Shown here piece after piece: positions 1-11,800 of a stretch of DNA of 64,000 nt (position 1 is the first letter of the stretch; each line of letters opens with the position of its first letter). A program made the position numbers and the translations under genes. The stretch is from NCBI GenBank assembly GCA_000182565.2, contig KQ257457.1. The stretch is one strand, 5' to 3'. Below the pieces are notes generated by a model. It did not search any database, was not told where the DNA came from, and saw nothing but the letters and a program-made list of their open reading frames with translations. The stretch is from Spizellomyces punctatus DAOM BR117. Taxonomy: Eukaryota.

Positions 1-119
1 CTTCCCCTCTCAAATTCAGCTGAAAACCTTATTCAGTCATACCAAAAACTCTTGCGCAAACCAAGATCTGCTCAGGTAGCTACTCGGAAACCTTTTCTCT
101 TGTTTCAGAAACAGACTTC

Positions 120-3100
120 ATGAAACTGAGAATGATGCCAGTCGAATGCTCTCCAACACGAGGCTGCTCACCTGTGATCCAGACTCATAGTCAGGGTCCT
201 GTGGAGGACATCGAAGTCCCTCCCGCAACATGCCCGAGGCATTCGGGGACCACTTCCATCGAACTGGAAGCCCCTAACTTGGCCATGATGGCCTCTGAAG
301 TGGCAGCGTTGAAAGAAGACATTGCCCGCTCGACTGCTGCAATGCAGTTGGCAACTCAAAATCTTATGGAACAGCTTCATAGGCTTTCTGAACGTCAGAC
401 AGTGGCGGATGAGTGCCTTGCATGAGCCTTAGAAGCCCTAGCACATCGCCCGCTGCCTGAACAACCTCTCATAGCACGAGCTACAAGAGAGTGGTCCGCA
501 ACCCCATGGGAAACATCGGACACACCAAGGGAGCATACCGAACCAAGTCTTTCAGGTCCGGTGCCTCCAATCCAAGTGCCAGCAGCCCCGTGGGCCAGCA
601 ACACCAAGGTCGATTCCTTGAAAGCAAAGGACATACCCAGGTTTATGGGCAAAAGAAACCAAGACGTTGAAGAATGGCTTAACAAAGTCCAACTTCTTCA
701 AAACATTAGCACAACATTGGATGCCAGGATGGTACAGCTCCTACCAGCCATGATAGCCGAGAAAACTCCTGCTGATGCTTGGTTTTACACTCTGGAAGCC
801 CAGGAAACTCACTTGTGGACTTGGAAAAGGTGGAAAGAAGAACTGCTTCAAGAGTTCCGAGACCCCCTAACCGAGTCCAAGTGCAAAGCTGAATATGTGT
901 GCTGTCATGTGAACTCCAAAGAATTTCACAGCTTTCTCATGTTCATTGACCACAAAACTCATCTCCGGCGCCTCACATATGGCAACTGGGCAAACATAGA
1001 ATGTCCTGCTGACCAGCATTTCGACCTAATAGTCGAACAATTGCCCAGTGACATCCAAATCATGGTCAAATCCTGTAACGTCACAAACCTGACCAAATTA
1101 AAAGACTTCCTGCGCCTTTATTTCAGCTCTGATGACACCAGAAAATGAGACCCTTGCTACAGTGGTGCTGCAGAAGCCCAGAAGAAGTCACAAAAGACCG
1201 GAACCAACAAAGGCCCTAAGCAGATGGCTCAACATAAAACCAGAAACCCCGAAAAGGGTCGCAATGGTCCTCAGAAGATGGTTCTGGACCCCAACAAGGA
1301 ACCACTGGCACCCTGCAAATTCTGTCAGAAAAAGCATTGGAATGTTTTCTGCTGGCAGAACCCGAACTGAAAAGATCCTGAAGATGGAAAGAAGGGACCA
1401 TATGGAGCACCCATGCCCGCAGGTTGGAAACCCAAACAGGAGTCCAAGAAGTCGTACATAGTGGAGCTGGACTCGACATCCGCTACCACCAAGACTCTTT
1501 TTTCGGCTTCGGAACTGGAAAGGACAGCCACTGCTAATCAAGGATTCCACACCATTGGATTCTTTCATTCACCCAAGCACTCGGAATCAACAATTTTGAT
1601 GACTGCACCTCTTTCTGAGGTCACGGAGACTAAGGAAGAGGACCCCCGCATGCCCACGCAGGGCTGGGACCGAGTCTGGGACAACATAGCCATCATCTGG
1701 GGCACCCCGAAAGTGGCTCTGATGATGGGCGACAACCCCCGCGTGCTCAGCTTCTTTGCCAAAGAACCGAAGCAAGGTGCTGGGCACCTTGGGAATGACC
1801 CCTACACAGTCGCGTGGAGTTCCCACCACCTCTACATTGCTGCTGCAACTGAAGCTGACAAGGATTGAATCCTGCGAAAAGTCCAAGAAGACAGTACCCC
1901 TCATTTGATTCTCCTTGCCTGGATAAGGCTCGACAAATGCAAGAAATTCTTGATGTGGAGCTCTGAAGATCCTGTTATCTTTGATTCTTATGCCAACCTG
2001 CAACTGGTGGCATTTCTCCTGACAGGCAATATCATTCACTCAGACTATTATTATCATCGCAGAAACCCCAAATTCCTGCACATTAAAGACCATCCATGTC
2101 TCCAAAGACACGAAGAGAGTGAATGGACGTGCATAGTCATGCTGGCTATCAAACAAGTTGCTCGCCAGAATAAACCAACAAAACCACAAAATGACAAAGC
2201 TAGAGAACACTTTGAGAGTTTGATTAAGGCTATGGAAGCAACAATTAATGACATCGCACCCCATTTCGAGGTCGCGGTGCCTTCTATCAACACCTTCTAC
2301 ATGGTAGATTTAGGCAATGTACTCAAAAGCCAGACCAAGACCCAAATGCAGCCTTGCTGGATGCTAGCCGTCATTGCTCAGCTCTGGGCACCTGTGGTAC
2401 TAGACACAGGAGCCTGTGAGTCTCTGATTTCCGACATGTACCAGGGCCTTCTGTTCTCCGAAACCAATTTGCAGGATGCAGAAACAATGGCTTTCAATGG
2501 CATTGGTGGACGTATCTCATCTACCAAGACAGTATGCCTCAAAACTTCCCTCAGAGGCTGTGGAGGAGAATACCTGACTTTCCATGCCTACTTTTGGGTC
2601 ATTGCATATGGGAAACCTCTCATCATCCTAGCCAATGATGTTCTGGGACATCTGAAACTCCAAACCTTGGTTCAGGTACCCCCATTACCCAGTTTTGCGG
2701 TGACGCTCAAGAATCCGGACATCCTTATCCCTTGCTCCATAATGGATGAGCTGGACACTGATCACATGCATGGCATGCCATACAAGACCAAGCAGGGTGA
2801 ATTCATGAAGGATGTGTCAATGCCACGGCTGACCAAAGCCAAAGCTCAGAAGTCTAGATTAACCATGTTAATCACGGGACAGACATGCGTGGCAGCCCAA
2901 ACTTTTCTCATTGAAAACCCTCTTGAGGCCACCGCTGCTAGCTCAATGGCCCCGTTAGGCCTCAAACTGTCCACTGCAACCCATAATTCAGTTGCGGACC
3001 CCAAAGAGAACATTTCCAAAGAAGAATGGCAGACACTTTGGAACAAATGGAACCTCGACTCTATGGAGAGGGCTCCAGGGGCCTTCGAAGCCCAATTAGA

Positions 3101-6100
3101 AGACGCGGAACATTTCCACGTTGATCTCAAGTGACCCAAACCCGTGGTCTGGGCCCTAATCAACATTCTATGACACTTCCATCAAGCCTTCAGCTATGAG
3201 GGTCATCTCATAGGGAACTACACCAAGATTCCCTATGCGCCTCGATTTATCTCGGCTCCGCCACCCCTTTTGAGGCCATAGTTGTACTCTCCGTTGGAGC
3301 GGACAGCCCTCGAGATGGAACGAGACACCATGATGGGGCTTCAGAGGTGGAAACAAACCACCGAAGTAACCTTTGCCAGCGATCCTGTTATCATTCACTA
3401 TGCAAACAAACCCCTGTGGGTAGCCTTTGACTATCGCCAAGCCAATGACTGCATGGCCTGGGATCCATATCCCTTTCCCATCATGCTCGACATCCTGAAC
3501 TGGATTGTCGCAGTCCCATTCCGATACATATTGGGAGGTGACGCAAACAAAGGATTGTACCAAATTGCCATCACCGATGTGTCGGTACGCAAATGGCTCG
3601 CGATCAGACTCCATGATGGCATCTATGAACCACTCTTTATGCCCTTTGGACCCAAGACTGCCCCTTCGCACTTCTGTCGGGTGATGGACGACACCTTGGG
3701 TCCCTCCAAATGGCGAAATATCAACAACTTCATTGACAATATCCACACATGAGCGGAGACAGCCGCGGAAGCCCTAGATGCCATCATGGACTGGCTCGAC
3801 CACTTTTCCAGAGCCAAACTCACCCTAAGACTCGACAAGTGTCAATGGCTCTTTCACCAGCTCACGGCTCTTGGTTTCGTTGCCTCCTCTCAGGGTCTCG
3901 CTACCGATCCAGACAAGGTTGCAACCATAGTCAATTGGCCATGACCCAAATTAATAGGTGACCTATGGTCCTTTGTGGGTCTCCTAGGGTTCTACGCCCA
4001 ATTCATCCCCTGCTATGTGGAACTCGTCCGACCCCTGCAAGACGCTATCCAAGAGGGCGTTCGCGAATACCGAGACCTTAAAAAGGGTCGCGCTGACCCA
4101 AAGAAAGGCACTGAAAAGCTCAATTCACCATCCATGCTCGACATGGCAGTGGCCCCTACAATCACAGCCACCGGAGCCCGATTTGAGGTTTTGCAACATC
4201 CAAAATCTAGCTCCTCAGACCTACCGGCAGTCAATCTATGCCAATCATCGCTGGTGGACTTGCCCATTGACCCCTTTTGTGTCGGACGCCTTGCTCGCAA
4301 GTGCCCCAACCAAGGTCTGTGCAGATTTATTGCAAAGCATGAAGTTTCATGGACCGATTCCCAAAACTCTGCCTTCGCAGCCGCCAAGCAGGCTCTGACA
4401 ACAGCTCCAGTGCTTGCAGCACCCAGAAAAGGGTTCCCCTACACCCTTCACAGTGACGCTTCCTACACAGTGTTTAATGTCACGCTCGAACAGTTACAGC
4501 CAGATGCTTCTGAATGCCTGCTGTGCTACCATTCCTGAGGCACCACCACCTCGGAAAAGAAGGCCCCCCCTGTCGAACTCGAGGCTGGATGCCTCATTTG
4601 GGGCCTTGGAAAACTCTGCCCATACCTTGAAGGCCTGCCTTTCACAGTCATTACCGATCACCGAGCTCCTTTGTGGCTCGCCAAATACAAAGGCGAGAAC
4701 TGAAAGCTCCTCTGCTGGGCCCTCGATCTTAGTTACTGGTCCGAATGGATGACAATCGTTCACAAACCAGGATGCTTCCACATCATCGCTGATACACTTT
4801 CACAGCTACTTGGCATGGAAACTCTTCTTTGCTCTACCGTGACCAAAATATGGGTGTCAGAATGCAGAAGATGACAGCCGCGCACCCCACCAGCCAGTCC
4901 CGCACCCTCCTCAACACTGGCAGAGGCCATATTTCATTTGGCGTTACAGCCTGCACTCATCACCGCCATCTGCGCTGGCCTCACCGGCCCGCTCCACCCC
5001 ATCGCCCAACAGGCCCGCACCCTTCTATGGGAGACCAGTCCCGACACCTACACTACCACCGACGCATGCTTTCTTCAGGACTGGCAACATGCAGATAACC
5101 TGCTGTGGCACCGTTTTTCAGTCTCCGAAGACCTTTGGCGCCTTTACGTGCCCCCTGCTTGCACCCCCGAGGTGCGCAAGCTTTTTCACAAGGGGGGAGG
5201 ACACTTTGGATTCGAAAGAACCTACGCTAGAGCTGCAGCGCAAGTCTGGTGGCCAAAAATGGCACAAGATTTCAGAAAACACTGCACAGGATGTGAAACC
5301 TGTCAATGCTCAAAAAGAGTACCACAACTGATTCCGGGGTTGCTGAAACCCATACCACCAGCTCCGGGACGCTGGACAGTCATCACGACAGACTTCGTAA
5401 CCAAGCTCCCACTTACGTCCAGAGGGTACAACGCCTTTTGGTTAATAGCATGTAAATGCTCAAAGAGGATCCATGTATGGCCCCTCAAGAGCACCGCGAC
5501 GGCTATTCAGGTCACGGAACTCTTTATAGAGCGCTATGTCCCATTGCACAGCATTCCGGAGACTATTATCTTGGACTGCGACTCCAAATTTATGAGTCAA
5601 TTTTGGCAGGAGGTCTGCAAAAACCTAAAGATTAATCAAGAGCTCACCACAGCCTACCACCCTCAGGGTGATGGACAATCAGAGAGAGACAATGCAATGG
5701 TCTTGCAGGTCCTTACCACAATGGTCAACACCCGATTAGATGACTGGGACACCTTTCTTCCAGTTGCGGAATTCATTATCAACAATACAGTACATGAGGC
5801 GACAAAAATGATGCGGTTCAAGATGGACCTAGGCTATGAGCCCCACAATCCACTGGCAGACATTGTTGAAAGGCCGTCAGAAACCAGAAATGCAGACACG
5901 GAAGAGCTCTGTAAACATCTCAGAGACCTAAACATCCTTATCCGAGATCTGATGATCGAGGCCCACGATTCACAGAAAAGATACTATGATTTATCACAAT
6001 GACATTTGGAGTTCTGGAGAGGAGATAAGGTGCTTCTGAGCATGAAAAACCTAGCAGGGTATGAGTCCAAGATCGCCCTGAAATGGCTGGGACCAGTCAT

Positions 6101-6403
6101 GGTGACTGACTGTAACCTTCTCCATGACAACTACGAGTTAAAACTGCCAGATAAGATGAGATGACTTCATCCATGGTTTCACATATCAAAATTACGTCCG
6201 TACCAGAAGCCTGTCAACAGCGAATTGGAGGAAAAGGTCGCGGAAGCACAAACAGAGAATTCCGACACTACAGAAGGTGAGTTCGAAGTGGAAGCAATAG
6301 TAGACCATCGAACCAGGCATGGAAAGCATCAATTTCGAATATGTTGGGCCAGATATCCACCCCACGAGGATATGTGGGAATCAGAGGAAGCCCTAACAGA
6401 GGC
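120..6403 (+). mobile_element. Degenerate Ty3/Gypsy (chromovirus) LTR retrotransposon internal region: gag-PR-RT-RH-IN-chromodomain, with many stops and frameshifts
   Basis: Gag-like 561..1148 (IPRFMG..DVEEWL); aspartic protease VVLDTGACESLIS (~2395); RT fragments (FDYRQAN, MPFGPKTAPSHF, NFIDNI as a decayed YxDD); RNase H (LHSDAS); integrase 4938..6002 (GHFG..RT, CETCQ, TTDFV, ILDCD, DGQSER); chromodomain FEVEAIVDHR..WARYPPHEDMWE at ~6280-6390. No LTRs recognised. Confidence 0.92.
4938..6002 (+). pseudogene. Gypsy integrase (H2C2 zinc-binding plus rve core), truncated by a premature stop
   Basis: HHCC-like GHFG...CETCQ and DDE core motifs; the SH3-like and chromodomain segments follow in broken frames up to 6403. 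Confidence 0.9.
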
Positions 6404-6673
6404 TGTTTTTTGGCTTCCCGCCTCGTGTTGGGGAACCCCGCAGTCGAGCCAAGTGGCACACGGAGCTGGGCGCCCTCTTTTTCTGGGTTTTTTCATGTCA
6501 GCAACTATTCTGACCGCTGCTTCACCACTGTTGGTGGCCTTGCTGTAGGGGTCCACGATGTGGTTTGTGAGGGGCTGGCCCACCGTGTAAGGTTTCGGAG
6601 CATTGACTCCCAGCCAAAACTCATGCCCTGGAGTCTGCAGCGGCGCATTGGGGTTGGTCCGAAGCTGATGAAC
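6404..6673 (-). mobile_element. Fragment of LTR-element family X internal 3' region; second copy of 44561-44830
   Basis: Near-identical to 44561-44830 and followed by the same junction into the family-Y LTR (GATGAAC|TGTAACA). Confidence 0.85.
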
Positions 6674-7422
6674 TGTAACAGGCTAGCAGGGACAAGAAGA
6701 CAATAGAAAACTAGGGAAGACTTAGTTACTACTTGTTATTTTCCTTTTGAGGGGCCTCAGAGAGGTCCTCTTTTTATAGACAAAGGGGCTGACAAATGCT
6801 ATATCCTAACTACCCAATCAGATCTCGCCCACATCATCCTAAACTATTTGTCAGCCTATTGCACCATTTGCAACCAATTAGAACTCATACATGTCATCCT
6901 AAACTATTTGTCAGCCTATTGCACCATTTGCAACCAATCCGATCTTATACATGTCATCCTAAACTATTTGTCAGCCTATTGCACCATTTATNNNNNNNNN
7001 NNNNNNNNNNNNNNNNNNNNNNNNNNNNNNNNNNNNNNNNNNNNNNNNNNNNNNNNNNNNNNNNNNNNNNNNNNNNNNNNNNNNNNNNNNNTTGGGCCAG
7101 ATATCCACCCCACGAAGGATATGTGGGAATCAGAGGAAGCCCTAACAGAGGCTGTTTTTTTGCTTCCCGCCTCGTGTTGGGGAACCCCGCAGTCGAGCCA
7201 AGTGGCACACGGAGCTGGGCGCCCTCTTTTTCTGGGTTTTTTCATGTCAGCAACTATTCTGACCGCTGCTTCACCACTGTTGGTGGCCTTGCTGTAGGGG
7301 TCCACGATGTGGTTTGTGAGGGGCTGGCCCACCGTGTAAGGTTTCGGAGCATTGACTCCCAGCCAAAACTCATGCCCTGGAGTCTGCAGCGGCGCATTGG
7401 GGTTGGTCCGAAGCTGATGAAC

Positions 7423-7973
7423 TGTAACAGGCTAGCAGGGACAAGAAGACAATAGAAAACTAGGGAAGACTTAGTTACTACTTGTTATTTTCCTTTTGAG
7501 GGGCCTCAGAGAGGTCCTCTTTTTATAGACAAAGGGGCTGACAAATGCTATATCCTAACTACCCAATCAGATCTCGCCCACATCATCCTAAACTATTTGT
7601 CAGCCTATTGCACCATTTGCAACCAATTAGAACTCATACATGTCATCCTAAACTATTTGTCAGCCTATTGCACCATTTGCAACCAATCCGATCTTATACA
7701 TGTCATCCTAAACTATTTGTCAGCCTATTGCACCATTTATAGCCAATCACAAGTGAGACAAGTCATCCTAAATACACTGTGCCACTTGATTGAAAGGGGC
7801 AGATGCCAGTGTGTCAGAATACTCATCTAATTTGGCCAGAAATGGCTAAATCTGCTTATTTATCTAATTCTGGTCAAATGAATGCTGACACCATCAGCAA
7901 AGTCATGTGACCACTAGTTTGGAACCACATCTAACCAGTATAACCATAGCACTGACAGAAGAATTCTGTCACA
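7423..7973 (-). repeat. 3' LTR of Gypsy family Y (551 bp); partial duplicate at 6674-6991
   Basis: TGTAACA...TGTCACA termini; polypurine tract AAAGTGGGGGAG on the minus strand immediately inside; matches the LTR at 44831-45265. Confidence 0.9.
7562..7770. repeat. 60-bp tandem repeat (3 units plus a partial) inside the family-Y LTR
   Basis: Core TCATCCTAAACTATTTGTCAGCCTATTGCACCATTT recurs every 60 nt, each unit with a CCAAT; only one full unit is present in the 44831 LTR. Confidence 0.9.
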
Positions 7974-7989
7974 CTCCCCCACTTTAAGA

Positions 7990-8850
7990 TTAAGCTCCCT
8001 TCTGGGCTAGGAACTCCTTCAAGATTTCTCTGCCATGGGGTAGGAGGTTTTCTTCTGGTTCCCAGGTGTTCTGAGAGGAGGGATAGCCTTTCCACTTGAT
8101 GAGGTAGAGATTCTTCTTCCTTCTGGTCTTGTGGTCAAGAATCTTCTCAACTTCCCAAAACTCTTCTCCTTGCTGGATAATTGGCTCAGGCTCAGGGGGT
8201 ACTGGTCTGGTAGGGAAGTCCTCTGTGGGGTCCAAGTAAGTCTTGAGGAGTCTGACATGGAACACTGGATGAATCTTCATGGTGCTGGGGAGCTCCAGGG
8301 TGTAATTCTGAAATTCATCCTTGGCCTTGATTCTGTAAGGTCCAAGCCAGGGGTGAAGAAGTTTCTGGGCTGGCCTCTGGGCTTCTTCTTCTGGGGTGAT
8401 ACCTTCTCTAGATAGCCAAACTTTGGAGCCTAGGGGGTAGCTTGGGGCCTTGTTGAGAGACTTGTTGGCTTGCTGAACTTGTCTTTCTTGGGCCAGTATC
8501 ATGTTATCCTTGGCTACTTGAAGCAGTTGCTGAATATACTGGTGGAAGTCTGTTGCTTCAAGATCATTGCTTTCTCCTGGTGGTGTTGCTGGGGTCCTGG
8601 GATGCTGGCCATTCTCCAAGTAGAATGGGGTAAAGCCTGTGGTTTCTGAGATACTGTTGTTGTAGGCAAACTCAGCAAAGGGGAGAAGATCTTCCCAATT
8701 CTTCATGTTGTACTGCAGGAAAGCTCTGAGGTAAATCTTCAAAGTCTTGATGGTTCTCTCTGCCTGTCCATTGGTCTGCTGGTGCCTTGCAGTGGCTAGG
8801 AGGGTGTTGCAGCCTAAGAGTTGCATCAAGTTGGACCAGAATGAACTGGT
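7990..8850 (-). mobile_element. Gypsy family Y pol 3' end (integrase C-terminal half plus chromodomain), cut by a Copia insertion at 8850/8851
   Basis: QTNGQAER, WLGPY (GPY/F), IHPVFHV, chromodomain FWEVEKILDH..YLIKWKGYPSSQNTWEPEENL. Confidence 0.93.
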
Positions 8851-11800
8851 TATTGAAACTTAGCGCTTGGAACACTGATTTCCCGTGTAGAAATCACTTC
8901 TCAAAGACCTAGTAATGCCTGTGGCCGCTAGTAAGACTTCTGGGTGCAGTAACTTGTGGGATAACACGCTTGTATTAATCCAGAGATGTTCAAAAGTCCC
9001 CTTTATATAACCCAGTACATTCTCCAGCCTCCCTCCGCCTTTGTTTGCTGTTTACATGCTTCAGCCCACTTGTTTACATGCTCAGCCGTGCTCAGCAGCT
9101 TCAGCCATGCCTTGGCAAACATTACCTGAAGATCTAGATCATCACAAACCTTCCAGACCTTCTAAGACTGCTTACATGATGATTTACCCCTTTAAATCAT
9201 TCACACACGCGTCTGTGATCATTCTGATTACTCTAAGTCCAATTCCCCACGTTGTAACTTAGCCAGATCAGATGTGAACTGTCTAATGACATCCCAGCAT
9301 GATCTCACATGATTTATAGATCATACAGCGTGGTTAAGCCTGAATCTCAACACTCCCACTCAGTGAATCATCTGATTTCCGACAGAGACCCATTTTACCA
9401 CAAAGTTTAAGGTGCTTTGTCTTGGGTAAAGCCTTGGTGAGAATGTCAGCTGTCATTTCTTCTGTCTGACAGTACTTGAGGCTGATGTTCTTGTCTTCTA
9501 CTGCTTGTCTGATGAAGTGGTGCCGCACATCAATGTGTTTGGTCCTTGCATGATGTGTTGGGTTGTTGGCAAGTGCTATGGCGCCCTGATTGTCACCATA
9601 CAATGTTGTAGGACCACTTTGCTGATGTCCTAGTTCGCCTAGAAGTGTTCTGAACCAGATAACTTCCTTGGTAGCTTGACAAAGAGCCATGTACTCTGAC
9701 TCTGTTGATGATAGAGCGACTGTAGGTTGCCTCTTGCTTTGCCAGCTGACTGTGCTGCTGCCAATCTTGACTAAGAAGCCAGTGGTAGACTTCCTGAAGT
9801 CCAAATCACCGCCCCAATCTGCATCAGAGTATGCAGATAGCTCCCACTTGCTCTGAATGCCGCCCAGTTGAAGTCCTAGGTCTGTGGTGCCATTCAGGTA
9901 CCGCATGATCCGTTTGACTGCATCCAGTGCTGATGTCCGGGGTTGGAAAGATACTGGCTAACTGATCCAACTGCTGCTGCTATGTCTGGTCTGGTGCCCA
10001 GCATTGCATAAATGAGACTTCCAACAGCACTTCTGAAAGGAACCCCATTCATTTCTTGCTGTTCTGCCTCAGTTTGTGGTGGCTGGCCTTGGTGAGCTTC
10101 TGGCCATTCTCTAGTGGTGTGGCAACTGGTTTGCTGTTACTCATATTGAATTTCTTCAATGTTTGACCGAGGTACCGCTGTTGGGAGAGCCAGATTGACC
10201 TGTTGGCTCTGTCCCTGACCACTTGAATGCCGAGAAAATGCTCTAACTGGCCCATATCAGCCATCTTGAACCGCTTCTTGAGTTCTTCTTTGAGTTTTAA
10301 CAACTCCTGGTTGTCCTTTGCTGCCAGAATAAGGTCATCCACATACAGGATAAGGTGGACGCCCATCTTCTTGTTGATGTACAGCCCGTGGTCTGATTCA
10401 CACCTTTCAAAGCCAAGTTCTTTGAGTTGCCCATCAATGACTTTGTTCCAGGCTCTTGGAGCTTGCTTTAACCCATACAAACTCTTCTTTAGCTTGCAGA
10501 CAAGTCCATTTGCCGTGGTGAAGCCTTCTGGTTGGTCCATGTAGATGTCCTCCTCAATGGTCCCATTCAAGAATGCTGTCTTGACATCCATTTGGTGAAT
10601 CTCCATGTCCTTCATGGCTGCTAGTGTCAGGACCGTCCTGATGGTTGCAAACTTGACTACTGGGGCAAATGTCTCCTTGTACTCCAGTCCTTCAACTTGG
10701 GAGTATCCTTTGGCTACCAGTCTGGCCTTGTAGCGCTCTACAGAGCCATCTGACTTGAGTTTCAGCTTGAAAACCCACTTGCAGCCAACTGTGGATCTTC
10801 CTGGTGGTAGTTTGACTAAGTCCCATGTCTGATTCTCCATCAGAGAGTCATATTTTGCTTTGACAGCCACCTCCCACTGTTTGGCATCATATCTGGTCCT
10901 AGCTTCAGTCAGAGTGCTGGGTTCTTCCTGTGGAACTTCCCCAATGGTGAAGGCAAATGCCAGATTTGACTGAGTTGGCTTTGCAATCCACCACTCTCCC
11001 AGTGGTTTGTGAAATCTGGCACTCTTCCTGCTGAGTTCTGGCACTTCCTCAGCATCCTGGAAGTCGTCCCCATCATCTTCTGATGCTGAAGAGTTGTCTG
11101 GAGTGATGCTAGATGGTCTCTGAGTCTCTTGAACCGTCCCTAGCCCTTCTTGGTCATCCAAGAACGAAGGCTCCCCTCCTAGAGGCATCTGTAGCTCTTG
11201 GTCTTGCTGTGGTACACTCTGCAGTCGCTGCTGAGTGCTCCACATCAAGTTTTCATCAAAGATGACGTCCCTTGACATGACAACTTGGTTCATTTCAGGT
11301 ACCCACAGTCTGTAGGCCTTACTCTGAGTGCTGTAGCCGACCATGACTGCCTTCTTGGCCTTCTCATCAAGTTTTGACCGCTTTTCCTTTGGAATATGAG
11401 TGTAGGCCATGCAGCCAAACACTCTGAGATGCCGGAGATCTGGTTTACCGCCTGTAAACTCTTGAAATGGTGTTGATTGGTTGCTGAGTGCTGCAGTGGG
11501 GCTCCTGTTCCTGAGATAGACCGCTGTCATGATTGCCTCGCCCCAGAACTTGTAGCTGAGTCCACTGTGGTGCAGCATGCACCTTCCCATTTCCACCAGC
11601 GTTCTGTTCATCCTCTCAGCAACACCATTCTGCTCTGGTGTGTAGGGGGTGCTGAATTGCTGCTGAATTCCCTTCTGCTTGCAGAATTTCTTGAATTCTT
11701 CGCCCACATACTCTCCCCCATTGTCTGATCTGAGAGTTTTGATCTTCTGCCTCGTGAAGTTGGTTGCCCAGGCCTCAAACTCCTTGAATTTGCTGAGAAC

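Noticed and set aside
6343-7740. Apparent ~650-bp tandem duplication (6343-6991 vs 7092-7740)
   Set aside because: The copies flank a 100-N gap and differ only by single-base indel-type changes near the contig edge; most likely an unmerged contig overlap
7562-7770. CRISPR-like array (conserved ~37-nt repeat with ~23-nt variable parts)
   Set aside because: The variable parts are homologous to each other, the array is inside an LTR, the context is eukaryotic and there are no cas genes
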